Assembly: GCA_903862655.1 (NCBI GenBank) | Contig: CAIOZA010000072.1 | Location: 3,926 to 67,925, forward strand | Direction: 5' to 3' | DNA: 64,000 nucleotides | DNA from: an uncultured Ignavibacteria bacterium | Lineage (GTDB): Bacteria; Bacteroidota; Ignavibacteria; Kapaibacteriales; UBA2268 | Shown: piece by piece, positions 9,395 to 19,007 of the stretch | Layout of the letters: the number at the start of each line of letters is the position of its first letter | How positions within the stretch are numbered: the stretch's first letter is position 1 | Notes under the pieces: generated by a model | Databases searched by the model: none | The model's input: only the letters and a program-made list of their open reading frames with translations | Told to the model about the DNA's origin: nothing | Position numbers and translations under genes: made by a program

Positions 9395-10852
9395 ATGTCT
9401 GTTAGAGTTAGATTTGCACCATCACCAACCGGTTATCTCCATGTAGGAGGGTTAAGAACCGCTCTGTACAATTATCTATTCGCAAAAAAGTACAATGGAA
9501 AATTGATACTCAGAATTGAAGATACAGATAGAAGCCGGCTTGTAGAAAATGCCATGGAGAACCTGATTGAGTCACTCGAATGGGCTGGATTGCACTTCGA
9601 TGAAAGCCCTGTCGATGAAGGTGCGTATGGTCCCTATATTCAATCCCAAAGGCTTGAGATATACAAAAATCATGCTTCCATCTTAATTGAATCAGGTCAC
9701 GCATATTATGCTTTCGATACTCCTGAAGAAATTGATAATATGAGAAAAAGACTTCAGGAAAGCAATGCCGATTCAAAATATGACAGAATGAATATGAGTA
9801 ATCAATTTACTTTGGGCGATGATAAAACAAAAGAATATCTCATTCAGGATAAACCCTATGTAATCCGCTTGAAAATCCCAGATGAATTGATTGAATTTAA
9901 TGATATAATTCGAGGGAAAGTCGTTGTCCATGGGAAAGAAATTGATGATCAGGTTCTGCTCAAATCTGACGGATTCCCTACATATCATCTCGCAAATGTT
10001 GTCGATGATCATCTTATGGAAATAACTCACGTCATCAGAGGCGAAGAATGGCTGCCATCCACACCTAAGCATATTATTCTTTACAACTATTTCGGATGGC
10101 AAATACCTCAGTTTGCCCATTTGCCACTTTTACTCAATAAGGATAAATCAAAACTGAGTAAAAGACAAGGAGATGTAGCTGTAGAAGATTACAAATCAAA
10201 AGGTTATTTCAGGGATGCATTTATCAACTTTATAGCTCTTTTAGGTTGGAATCCATCTGCTGATAAGGAAATCTATACAATTGATGAATTGATTGAATCG
10301 TTTAACCTAGAAAAAGTAAATAAAAGTGGAGCTGTCTTCGACATGGTTAAGCTCGATTGGATGAACGCTCATTATCTTAGAAATATAGAATCTGTAAATA
10401 TTCTGGCTGTTCAACTAAACGAAATTCTAATTAAAAATAACATTGAACCAACAAAATTCAACCAGGATTATCTGGAAAAAGTTATATTGCTTTTTAGAGA
10501 AAGAGTAACATTCATTCATGAGATTCCATCACTCGCAACATACATGTTCAGTGATCCCAATGAATTTGACGAAGAATATAAATTAAAATACTGGAAAGAA
10601 AATACTGGCGAATTGATATCTGAACTAAAAACAGATTTGAGCAATTTGAATAATTTCGATCATGCAATTGTACATGATGAAGTAATGAAATTCGTTGAAT
10701 CAAAAGGAATTAAACTTAAAGATATTATTCATCCAATCCGATTGATTATTACAGGAAGATCTCAGGGTGCCGGTATGTTCGAAACCATGGAAGTCCTGGG
10801 TAAAGATGTATGTTTGAAGAGATTTGAGTCTTTTATTAACAAGATTAATTAA
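9395..10852 (+). CDS. gltX: Glutamyl-tRNA synthetase
   Basis: RFAPSPTGYLHVGGLRTALYNYLFAKK (HIGH-type motif), KLSKR (KMSKS motif) and the class-I catalytic core. Length 485 aa. Confidence 0.95.
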   Translation: MSVRVRFAPSPTGYLHVGGLRTALYNYLFAKKYNGKLILRIEDTDRSRLVENAMENLIESLEWAGLHFDESPVDEGAYGPYIQSQRLEIYKNHASILIESGHAYYAFDTPEEIDNMRKRLQESNADSKYDRMNMSNQFTLGDDKTKEYLIQDKPYVIRLKIPDELIEFNDIIRGKVVVHGKEIDDQVLLKSDGFPTYHLANVVDDHLMEITHVIRGEEWLPSTPKHIILYNYFGWQIPQFAHLPLLLNKDKSKLSKRQGDVAVEDYKSKGYFRDAFINFIALLGWNPSADKEIYTIDELIESFNLEKVNKSGAVFDMVKLDWMNAHYLRNIESVNILAVQLNEILIKNNIEPTKFNQDYLEKVILLFRERVTFIHEIPSLATYMFSDPNEFDEEYKLKYWKENTGELISELKTDLSNLNNFDHAIVHDEVMKFVESKGIKLKDIIHPIRLIITGRSQGAGMFETMEVLGKDVCLKRFESFINKIN

Positions 10853-10855
10853 ATT

Positions 10856-11320
10856 ATGTCGAGAAACAATTGTTTTAAAAATGGTAACTATTTTGTATTA
10901 TTCGTATTATTATTAATGTTTGAATCTTGCGGAGCAATAAAACCCTACGATTGTTTCAAAGATAAAATGAAGGATATCGATATCACTTGGGGAATAATTG
11001 CAAAAGAGAAGATTGTTGAATCTTACAGAATGCAATCAAATGGTAGAATTACCTTAATGAATGCCGATAGTTCTTTTAAAAAAATAGGAGATCTTAATGA
11101 TTCTCTTTCATGCAGAATTTTCAGAGAGATTAATAGAGCTATGCTCAAAGTACAGGCTTGCATGGATCCGGGAGATACCGTCAGGTTCCTGACAATTGTG
11201 AATACTGAAACAGATTTATTTTTGAGAACCAGATGGAATCCGAATTTTAATAGTGAGAATACTAAAATATTGAATCAATTATACGTTAATTTAGATAGCT
11301 ACGTAAAAACTTTAAATTAA
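10856..11320 (+). CDS. Hypothetical lipoprotein
   Basis: Signal peptide with LLLMFESCG lipobox. No recognisable domain. Confidence 0.4.
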   Translation: MSRNNCFKNGNYFVLFVLLLMFESCGAIKPYDCFKDKMKDIDITWGIIAKEKIVESYRMQSNGRITLMNADSSFKKIGDLNDSLSCRIFREINRAMLKVQACMDPGDTVRFLTIVNTETDLFLRTRWNPNFNSENTKILNQLYVNLDSYVKTLN

Positions 11321-11341
11321 GAAACTTAAACGGTAAAAGTT

Positions 11342-12739
11342 ATGATAGTATTAATCGCCGACGATAATTATGATTTTTGTTCAACAATAGCCGATATTGT
11401 TCAATCTTTTGGATATGAGACCAATACAATTCAGGATCCAGAAGAAGCTCTAATATATCTTGAAAAAAATCAAAAGAAAGTCGGAGTTTTATTGCTCGAT
11501 ATTGAATTTGCCCCCGAAGCCAAACTTAATGGCATAGATGTTCTGGAGCAAAGCAGAAAGCATTACCCTTCAATCCCGGTCATTATGATCTCTGGAAAAG
11601 GCACTATCGATACAGCTGTAAAAGCAACAAGGCTGGGTGCTATCAATTTCATTGAAAAGAGCATCCTTACAAAAGAAAGACTGAAAGAAGTTCTTGCAAG
11701 TGCAATGGAGCGTCATAATTACAAAGGCGAAGCTCGCGAAATTCAGAAATTTCTCGAAATGAATGGTATAATTGGAAAATCGAAATATATCATTGAATTG
11801 GGTGATAGTATCATCAGATTTGGTAGAACTGACCTTAATGTTCTCATTTCCGGCGAAACAGGAACCGGAAAAAAATTAGTTGCCAGAGCACTCCACTCAG
11901 TTAGCAGACGTTCAAAATATCCAATTGTTACTGTCGATATTCCAAATATCCCTAGAGAGTTATTCCAGAGTGAACTTTTTGGCCACAACAAAGGATCATT
12001 CTCTGGTGCTATAGACACAAAAAAAGGACTTTTCCAGCAAGCACATAAGGGAACTTTATTCCTGGATGAAATTGGAGATTTATCAATGGATCTTCAATCA
12101 AGTCTATTTATTCCTATTGAAGAGAAATTAATAAGAAAAGTTGGTTCTGTCGAAACAGAAGAATTGGATGTGAGATTTGTTTCCGCCACAGACAAGGACT
12201 TAGTCTTTGCTATGAAAGAAGCAAAGTTTAGAGAACAGCTCTACCACAGACTTCGCGAATGTGAAATCAGTGTTCCTCCATTAAGAGACAGAATTGAAGA
12301 TGTCCCTGAAATTATCGACCATTATCTGCTCAAACATAATTATGAATATAATCAATCTAAGATTATCTCACCATCTGCTATTGAATTTTTGCAGGAAAAA
12401 GAATGGCCTGGAAACGTACGTGAATTAGCAAGTGTAATGAAAGTTGTTCTTCAAACCACTGCAAATGATACAATTGAAGTTTCTGATATTAGTAAGATTA
12501 TGATCAGCAATTCCTTTGCAGGTCTAAGCGAAGAGAGTTCCAATATTCATATTGATTCGAGTCGTACTCTTAAGGAAGATCTTGCTGAAGTCGATAAAAA
12601 GAAAATAGAATCTACACTTGAAAAATGTGATGGCAATGTGAGTAAATCAGCCGCATTGTTAGGTATTAGCAGAGAAACGTTACATAATAAAGTCAGAAGA
12701 TATGGTATCAACACTCAGCTGTTCCGTGGACGAAAATAA
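11342..12739 (+). CDS. Sigma-54-dependent response regulator (NtrC/AtoC family: REC + AAA+ + Fis-type HTH)
   Basis: Receiver domain (LLDIEF...PVIMISGKG). Walker A GETGTGKK. GAFTGA-like GHNKGSFSGA. ESELFGH motif. C-terminal HTH SKSAALLGISRETLHNKVRRYG. Confidence 0.9.
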   Translation: MIVLIADDNYDFCSTIADIVQSFGYETNTIQDPEEALIYLEKNQKKVGVLLLDIEFAPEAKLNGIDVLEQSRKHYPSIPVIMISGKGTIDTAVKATRLGAINFIEKSILTKERLKEVLASAMERHNYKGEAREIQKFLEMNGIIGKSKYIIELGDSIIRFGRTDLNVLISGETGTGKKLVARALHSVSRRSKYPIVTVDIPNIPRELFQSELFGHNKGSFSGAIDTKKGLFQQAHKGTLFLDEIGDLSMDLQSSLFIPIEEKLIRKVGSVETEELDVRFVSATDKDLVFAMKEAKFREQLYHRLRECEISVPPLRDRIEDVPEIIDHYLLKHNYEYNQSKIISPSAIEFLQEKEWPGNVRELASVMKVVLQTTANDTIEVSDISKIMISNSFAGLSEESSNIHIDSSRTLKEDLAEVDKKKIESTLEKCDGNVSKSAALLGISRETLHNKVRRYGINTQLFRGRK

Positions 12740-12767
12740 TTAAAGTAAGAACAAGATCAAGTTTCAC

Positions 12768-13352
12768 CTATTTATTTTGAAGGCCTCTGCCTGTCTTATT
12801 AATCTTGGATTCAGATTCAAGTTTGCCTAGGATTTTGTCGAGAACACCATTAATGAAATTTCCGCTTTTATCTGTCGAATATCTCTTTGCTATCTCAATA
12901 GATTCATTAATACTAACTTTAGTCGGTATTTCAGGAAAATAAATCAATTCAACAACAGCCATTTCGATCAATATTCTGTCTAGAGATGCAATACGATCCA
13001 ACTCCCAGTTTTCGGCTACAGCTGTTACATATTCATCAATAAGTTCGCGGGTTTCGATAGTCTTTTCAACCAAGCTGAAAGCAAAGTCGATATCTTCACT
13101 TTCCCAAATTATAGCCGTATCTGATTCTACTTCGACTACTTCTGCTTGAGTGAGTATTTTTTCATAATGCTCATCACCGTCGCCAAAATTAAAATCACGA
13201 TAGAATATATGTTCAAATGAACGGATGAGTGAATCATCCGAAATAAGATAGGTGGTTATCACCTGAAGTGCTTTTTCCCGGGCAAGTCGTCGATTGCCTT
13301 TTATCTCTTTGTTTTTTGCCAGTGGGAAAATAAGTGAAAAATTATCCATCAT
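12768..13352 (-). CDS. nusB: Transcription antitermination factor NusB (with N-terminal extension)
   Basis: RRLAREKALQ and DRIASLDRILIEMAVVELIYFPEIPTKVSINESIEIAKRYSTDKSGNFINGVLDKI match the NusB family signature. Confidence 0.7.
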   Translation of the reverse strand: MMDNFSLIFPLAKNKEIKGNRRLAREKALQVITTYLISDDSLIRSFEHIFYRDFNFGDGDEHYEKILTQAEVVEVESDTAIIWESEDIDFAFSLVEKTIETRELIDEYVTAVAENWELDRIASLDRILIEMAVVELIYFPEIPTKVSINESIEIAKRYSTDKSGNFINGVLDKILGKLESESKINKTGRGLQNK

Positions 13353-13401
13353 AAATAAAAGAACAAGAAATCAAATAATCACAATTACAAAAATACGAAA
13401 T

Positions 13402-15078
13402 TTATTTCACTTGTAAGCCGATAACAAAATTTTGTTCTAATGTCCGGCTCATAATAAATTCAACTCTGCGATTCATCGCTCTGTTTTCGTCTGTATCATT
13501 CGGTTGAACAGGTTGCATATAACCTCTTCCATAATGACTTAGTCTTTTGCCTGCAACATTTCTCGATAAAATATAGTTATTTACCTCGCTTGCTCTATGC
13601 TCAGACAGATCTTGATTGTACTTCAATGTGCCCAACCTGTCAGTATGCCCAATAATTGAAATGTTAAAGCAAGAATATTTCAGCATAATATCAGCAATAT
13701 AATCCAGTTCAGGGAAGAATTCTCCTGTAATAGGCACTTCATTGAAACCAAAATAGATTGTTTTTGTATTAAATATGATTTTCTGCAAAATTTCGTTTGA
13801 GATAAGATCCAGATTCTCTGGAACTATTCTCTTCCTTGCGAATTCAGATAGATTTCTCATAGGGATATTGATGTTGACTGTTGTGATTGTGTCAAACTTT
13901 GCTGCGTCAATCAAAATTGGTGCAGATATAAAACTGTCAGAAATTGCCACTACTCTGTACTGCTTATCTATCGGAAGTGTAATTGCGAAATCACCCGTCA
14001 AAGGATTTGATCTCGTACTTCCTGACATTTTACCTTCGTCTGCCTGTTTGTAATAAACATATCCCGAAAGTGGTTCTTTGGTTATTGGGTTTATAAGTTT
14101 ACCTTTAACTACCAGGAATGGATCAGGCTTGAGTTCAACTTTCATTTTAATCTGGAATATGTCAGTTCCACCTTCTGTATCAGTAGAAGAAACAAAATAT
14201 GCTTTATCGCCACGTGAAGTAAGATAATAGCCTCCTTCAGTACCAGTAGTATTGTAAGGTTTCCCTATATTTACAGGCTTTGACCAATTTGTCCAGGTAT
14301 CATCAAGACGCTTCGAGTAAAAAATATCCATGTCTCCATAAGTTTCATGTCCATTCGAACTGAAATAAAGCGTTGTCAGGTCAGCAGACAAAAAAGGTGT
14401 AGCCTCATTAAATTCAGTATTTATTGTAATGCCCAGATTGATTGGTTCCGACCATTCATTTTCATCAATCTTGAAGCACACATAAAGATCCTTGTTGCCT
14501 TGCGAGTCGTCGCGTTCAATCGACAGAAGAAGTGTTTTCCAGTCACTACTTAAGAAAAAGCTTACATACTTGTTAAGATTATAAAAATTCTGAATATTTA
14601 TCTTTTCGGGGTTACTCCATCCGGTTATGGTTCTGTAAGTTATTGAGCATCCCTGATCTAATGTTGTGTCACCGTCATATTCGCCACCAATTAATAAAGA
14701 ATTTCCATCGGGAGAAATTGAGCAAACGTAATTATTTCCACCATTATTTAATGGGTAGCCCATATTTTTTGGAAATGACCATTTGCCATTTTTCTGTAGT
14801 TCTGACACCCAAATGTCATAATTGTCTTTATAATTCTTGTAACCGGTGTTCCTTGGGTCTTTACCTCTTGAAAAATAAAATGATTTACCATCAGCAGATA
14901 TTACTGGGAATGTCTCGTTGAACATCGTGTTGATCTCTGTACCAATATTTTCTTTGATAAAACCCTTTTGTAAAGAATTTTGAATTTCCTTGGTCGAATC
15001 AACCTGAGAATAACAACTTAGAGTCAGCAGGTAGACAGCTGTTATCAGATATTTCATTATGCTTATTGTGGTTTTCAT
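13402..15078 (-). CDS. OmpA-family outer-membrane protein with TolB-like (PD40) beta-propeller N-domain
   Basis: Signal peptide/lipobox (LTLSCYS). Repeated PD40-like segments (SPDGNSL, SADLTTLYFSS). C-terminal OmpA/MotB peptidoglycan-binding motif (NQDLSEHRASEV...NRRVEF). Confidence 0.7.
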   Translation of the reverse strand: MKTTISIMKYLITAVYLLTLSCYSQVDSTKEIQNSLQKGFIKENIGTEINTMFNETFPVISADGKSFYFSRGKDPRNTGYKNYKDNYDIWVSELQKNGKWSFPKNMGYPLNNGGNNYVCSISPDGNSLLIGGEYDGDTTLDQGCSITYRTITGWSNPEKINIQNFYNLNKYVSFFLSSDWKTLLLSIERDDSQGNKDLYVCFKIDENEWSEPINLGITINTEFNEATPFLSADLTTLYFSSNGHETYGDMDIFYSKRLDDTWTNWSKPVNIGKPYNTTGTEGGYYLTSRGDKAYFVSSTDTEGGTDIFQIKMKVELKPDPFLVVKGKLINPITKEPLSGYVYYKQADEGKMSGSTRSNPLTGDFAITLPIDKQYRVVAISDSFISAPILIDAAKFDTITTVNINIPMRNLSEFARKRIVPENLDLISNEILQKIIFNTKTIYFGFNEVPITGEFFPELDYIADIMLKYSCFNISIIGHTDRLGTLKYNQDLSEHRASEVNNYILSRNVAGKRLSHYGRGYMQPVQPNDTDENRAMNRRVEFIMSRTLEQNFVIGLQVK

Positions 15079-15182
15079 CGTATTTCCCGTTTTTACTTTT
15101 TGTTACATAGCAAAAATAATCATTATATTTAGGAAAAGAAATACGGAGAAATACGTAGTTTTTGACTAAAAATGATATTTAT

Positions 15183-15860
15183 TCAAAAATATTTTGGGTT
15201 TACACATTCTTCAGAATCAAAAGAAGAAATATTAACCTTTTTGTCTACCTCATAAAAATCAAATAAGTCAGGATCGGCTGGTAAAAGTAAAATGTCTGTA
15301 TCTGTTTTGGTCAAATTATTTTCCAGCCAATTAATCCTATCATCAGGATTAATAATTACCGGCATCCTGTTGTGTATAGCTGAAAGTTTATCATTTGGCT
15401 GGCAGGTTACAATAGTAACAGAATTGATGATCTCATTTTCATTGTTCTTCCATGAATCCCAAAGACCGGCGAAAGTAAACAATTCATCTTTAGAATTTTT
15501 AATATAATATGGGATCTTTCCCTTACTGCTTGGATCAATTTTCCATTCAAAATACCCAGAAGCAGGAATCAGACATCTTCTGCGCACAATTAAGTTCTTG
15601 AATGATGGTTTTTCGAATATTGTTTCTGCTCTGGCATTTATCATTTTTGAGGCTAAAGAGTCATCCTTAGCCCATGAAGGAATCAAACCCCATTTAAGGC
15701 TGCTCAATTCATCAGTGTTGGCATTCATTATGGCTGAGATATTCTGAGTGGGGGCAATATTATAGCGATTTGTCAATATCGCAGAGATCTTGACTGTCCG
15801 TCCGGGTAACAGTTTTTCTAACTGAGCTGTTTTAGCTGATAGTGCGAAACGTCCACACAT
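15183..15860 (-). CDS. SOS-response-associated peptidase (SRAP/YedK/HMCES family, abasic-site DNA-protein crosslink enzyme)
   Basis: Begins MCGRFAL (catalytic Cys2). About 225 aa with conserved APSWN-like segments (LIPSWAKD). Confidence 0.85.
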   Translation of the reverse strand: MCGRFALSAKTAQLEKLLPGRTVKISAILTNRYNIAPTQNISAIMNANTDELSSLKWGLIPSWAKDDSLASKMINARAETIFEKPSFKNLIVRRRCLIPASGYFEWKIDPSSKGKIPYYIKNSKDELFTFAGLWDSWKNNENEIINSVTIVTCQPNDKLSAIHNRMPVIINPDDRINWLENNLTKTDTDILLLPADPDLFDFYEVDKKVNISSFDSEECVNPKYF

Positions 15861-15971
15861 AATTTCTTAAAATAAAATAAAATTGAAATCAGAAGTCTTA
15901 CTAATTCATCCGAATTATGATTAAATTGCATTATTGATGACGAAATCAACTAAAATAAAATTTATGAGAAA

Positions 15972-18197
15972 TTGATGCCAGAGAGCAAAAAAGACACTTT
16001 ACCATTACAATACATTAAGGGAATTGGTCCTCAGAGAGCGCAGGCACTGGCTAAAGAAGGAATACAAACTCCTGTCGATATGCTTTTTTATCTCCCTAGA
16101 ACTTATGTCACACATTTATTAGTGCCTACTTTAGCCTCATTGAACATAACCTTACGTAAGCAAATGCAGGCTTTCGATGAAAACTCTGTCCCGAATTTAT
16201 CATATCAGCAAGAATACACAATCATCGCTCAAGTCGTATTGCATAAGGAACATGTTTACAGATTTAACAAGAAATTACTTTTGCTTGAATTGTCCGATGG
16301 AAGTGGTAGCAAGGCTTATATCAGATTTTGGTCATATACCGAATTCTATAAAAAGCTCTACCCCGAGGGATCAACAATTATCCTTAATGGTAAGCCACAA
16401 ATGGATACTTTTGGCAAAATATCATTCGATCATCCGGATATCCAGAAATTTGATTTTGAAGATCAAACTGATTATAATGCCGGAGCAATTCTGCCGATTT
16501 ATAAGCTAAACGAGAAATTAGTTAAAGCCCACATCACTACCAGAATTCTGAGGAAGATACTTCAATCTGTTATTGAAACACATTTAGACACAATTAAAGA
16601 TTACTTCAGTCAAAAATTCCGTGAAAAGTATTCTTTAAGGGAACTTCGTGATTCGATCAAGCATCTTCATTTCCCACAAAAAATTGAAGATGTTGAATTG
16701 TCTAAGCATAGACTTAAATTTGATGAAATATTCTTCTATGAATTAAATCTTGCATTAAAGAATAAAGTAGTTCTTGATGAGAAGAAGGGCTTGCTGATAC
16801 CCCCAAAAAGTCTGTTGGCTAGAACATTATTGGAACAACTTGATTTCGAGCTGACAGGCGATCAAAAAAAAGTCATTCGTGAGATTGTTGCTGATTTTGA
16901 ATCAGGTAAACCTATGAACAGGCTCTTGCAGGGAGACGTTGGGTCTGGCAAAACAATTGTTGCTTTACTGACTATGCTCTCAATCGTTGAACATGGTTAT
17001 CAGGTTGCGATCATGGCTCCTACTGAAGTACTTGCAGAACAGCATTTTCACACAATATCTAAACTTGTAGAAGGATTAGATATTCCAGTTACCACGTTAA
17101 CCGGTGGGCAAAAAAGCTCTATCCGAAAAGAGAGTCTGCAAAAGATTGAATCTGGGGAAGCTAAAATAATTATCGGTACTCATGCTCTTTTTGCCACAAA
17201 AATTAATTATCATAAATTAGGCTATGTCATAATTGATGAACAACATAAGTTTGGCGTAGTGCAACGAGCAGATCTGATTGCCAATAGTAGCGAATCACTT
17301 GGAAATGATTTGATACCTCATGTTCTTGTTATGTCTGCAACTCCCATACCCAGAACTCTTTCATTGACAATTTATGGCGAATTGGATGTTTCTATCATAA
17401 AAGAGATGCCCAAAAACAGAAAGCAGATAGTAACAAAAATCGCTTCAGACAGTCAATTAAAGCAGGTATTTGACTTTGTAAAAAAGAAAATCGATGCCGG
17501 AGAGCAAGCCTATATTGTCTATCCATTAGTTGAAAAATCAGAAAAAATGCTCCTGAAATCTGCCATCGAACATTATGAATTGCTTTCCGATGAAGTTTTT
17601 CAGGGATACAAATGCGGACTGCTGCATGGACAATTGAAATGGCAGGAAAAGGAAGAAGTCATGAAGGCATTTCTTGATCGGGAATACCAGATTCTGATTG
17701 CTACTACAGTTATTGAAGTAGGAATTGATGTTCCAAATGCCTCTGTAATGATAATTGAGAATTCAGAACGATTTGGATTATCTCAGCTCCATCAGCTAAG
17801 AGGTAGAGTCGGACGTGGAACCTCACAATCATACTGTATCCTTGTCAGCAACGATAAATTAACTTATGAAATTAAAGGTAAACCCTTAAAAGAAGATGAA
17901 AAAAGAGCTGCCGTGATTAGGCTTAAAACTATGGAAAGAACTACTGATGGTTTCGAAATAGCTGAGGTAGATCTCAAATTAAGAGGTCCCGGTGATTTGT
18001 TGGGAACCAGACAATCAGGTCTTCCTGATTTTAAATATATCGATCTGATTACCGATGGCGAAATAATTACTCAGGCGAGGAAGATTGCATTCGATATAGC
18101 TCTTAATCCTTCCACTTTGACTCCCATAGAAAGAGAACAGATTATGACGGAATTCAGCAAACGTTATGGGGCTGAGAATTTTTACAGAATTGCCTAA
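15972..18197 (+). CDS. recG: ATP-dependent DNA helicase RecG
   Basis: 741 aa. Wedge/OB N-domain. Helicase motifs GDVGSGKT (I), DEQHKFGV (II), SATPIPRTL (III), QLRGRVGRG (VI). Confidence 0.95.
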   Translation: MMPESKKDTLPLQYIKGIGPQRAQALAKEGIQTPVDMLFYLPRTYVTHLLVPTLASLNITLRKQMQAFDENSVPNLSYQQEYTIIAQVVLHKEHVYRFNKKLLLLELSDGSGSKAYIRFWSYTEFYKKLYPEGSTIILNGKPQMDTFGKISFDHPDIQKFDFEDQTDYNAGAILPIYKLNEKLVKAHITTRILRKILQSVIETHLDTIKDYFSQKFREKYSLRELRDSIKHLHFPQKIEDVELSKHRLKFDEIFFYELNLALKNKVVLDEKKGLLIPPKSLLARTLLEQLDFELTGDQKKVIREIVADFESGKPMNRLLQGDVGSGKTIVALLTMLSIVEHGYQVAIMAPTEVLAEQHFHTISKLVEGLDIPVTTLTGGQKSSIRKESLQKIESGEAKIIIGTHALFATKINYHKLGYVIIDEQHKFGVVQRADLIANSSESLGNDLIPHVLVMSATPIPRTLSLTIYGELDVSIIKEMPKNRKQIVTKIASDSQLKQVFDFVKKKIDAGEQAYIVYPLVEKSEKMLLKSAIEHYELLSDEVFQGYKCGLLHGQLKWQEKEEVMKAFLDREYQILIATTVIEVGIDVPNASVMIIENSERFGLSQLHQLRGRVGRGTSQSYCILVSNDKLTYEIKGKPLKEDEKRAAVIRLKTMERTTDGFEIAEVDLKLRGPGDLLGTRQSGLPDFKYIDLITDGEIITQARKIAFDIALNPSTLTPIEREQIMTEFSKRYGAENFYRIA

Positions 18198-18204
18198 ATT
18201 CAGA

Positions 18205-18813
18205 TTATTTGATAACATTGCAATCAGCAAAATTCAAATAAACAGATTTTGGGAATTCCCTCTTTAGCCTCTGGAAGTATCCGGCTGCTAAATCTTTTTT
18301 ATCCATTATGCAGTATAATTGACCTAATCTTACTATTGACTTCTCTAATACCAGATGGTCTGTTGTCGATTTCTCTGTCAATTTTTTCAATAATTCTTCC
18401 GCATTTGAATTTTCACCAAACTGAATCTTGCATTCCGCCAAATAAAATTGAATATTGTAATATTTCTGATTTGGTTTTTCAATTGATTTTATTATTTCAT
18501 TGAAGATTTTTTCTGCTTCCCTATAATTACCATCATCAAAAATTTGTAATGCCTGATCGAATTTATCGGAATCTTCTAATTTTTGCTTTTTCTCTGTCGA
18601 AATACTAACCACAATCGTATCTTCATAACGACTATGATATTTTGATTTCATTTTTTTTAATTCCTTTTCCTTCTTTATTTCAGAATTTTCAGACTTAGAC
18701 TGCTCATCAAGTGGTTTCGTAAGTTTTACTGTTCGTGATTTTACAGAAGAACAATAAGTAAAAGCAAGAAAACAGAAGACAATGACCGAAAATAGTAGAT
18801 AAAAATGTTTCAT
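18205..18813 (-). CDS. Hypothetical TPR-like secreted protein
   Basis: Signal peptide. C-terminal helical repeats (YYNIQFYLAECKIQFG..., LGQLYCIMDKKDLAAGYFQRL). Confidence 0.4.
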   Translation of the reverse strand: MKHFYLLFSVIVFCFLAFTYCSSVKSRTVKLTKPLDEQSKSENSEIKKEKELKKMKSKYHSRYEDTIVVSISTEKKQKLEDSDKFDQALQIFDDGNYREAEKIFNEIIKSIEKPNQKYYNIQFYLAECKIQFGENSNAEELLKKLTEKSTTDHLVLEKSIVRLGQLYCIMDKKDLAAGYFQRLKREFPKSVYLNFADCNVIK

Positions 18814-19007
18814 AGTTATTTATTGGTATTATTGATACTTATGCGAATTTAAACTAAAATGAAAAAACTTAAAAATATGATTTATTATTAATTGTTTGTC
18901 AGTTTATAAATATGTAATTTTGTAACCGATTTTCAGGCAAACTTTTAATTTAATTCAGATTAAATTATGAATTTGCTCGGACTAATTTTTATTTGTCATT
19001 TTTATAA

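Noticed and set aside
9510-10120. Minus-strand ORFs 9510..9776 and 9773..10120
   Set aside because: Fully embedded antisense in gltX, whose class-I synthetase motifs are unambiguous.
13775-14921. Plus-strand ORFs 13775..14053, 14347..14553, 14643..14921
   Set aside because: Antisense within the OmpA/TolB-like gene. Low-complexity translations.
18814-19007. Fur box or cobalamin riboswitch upstream of the TonB-dependent receptor
   Set aside because: No GATAATGATAATCATTATC-like palindrome or B12-box (GCCACTG) seen. The region is simply AT-rich.
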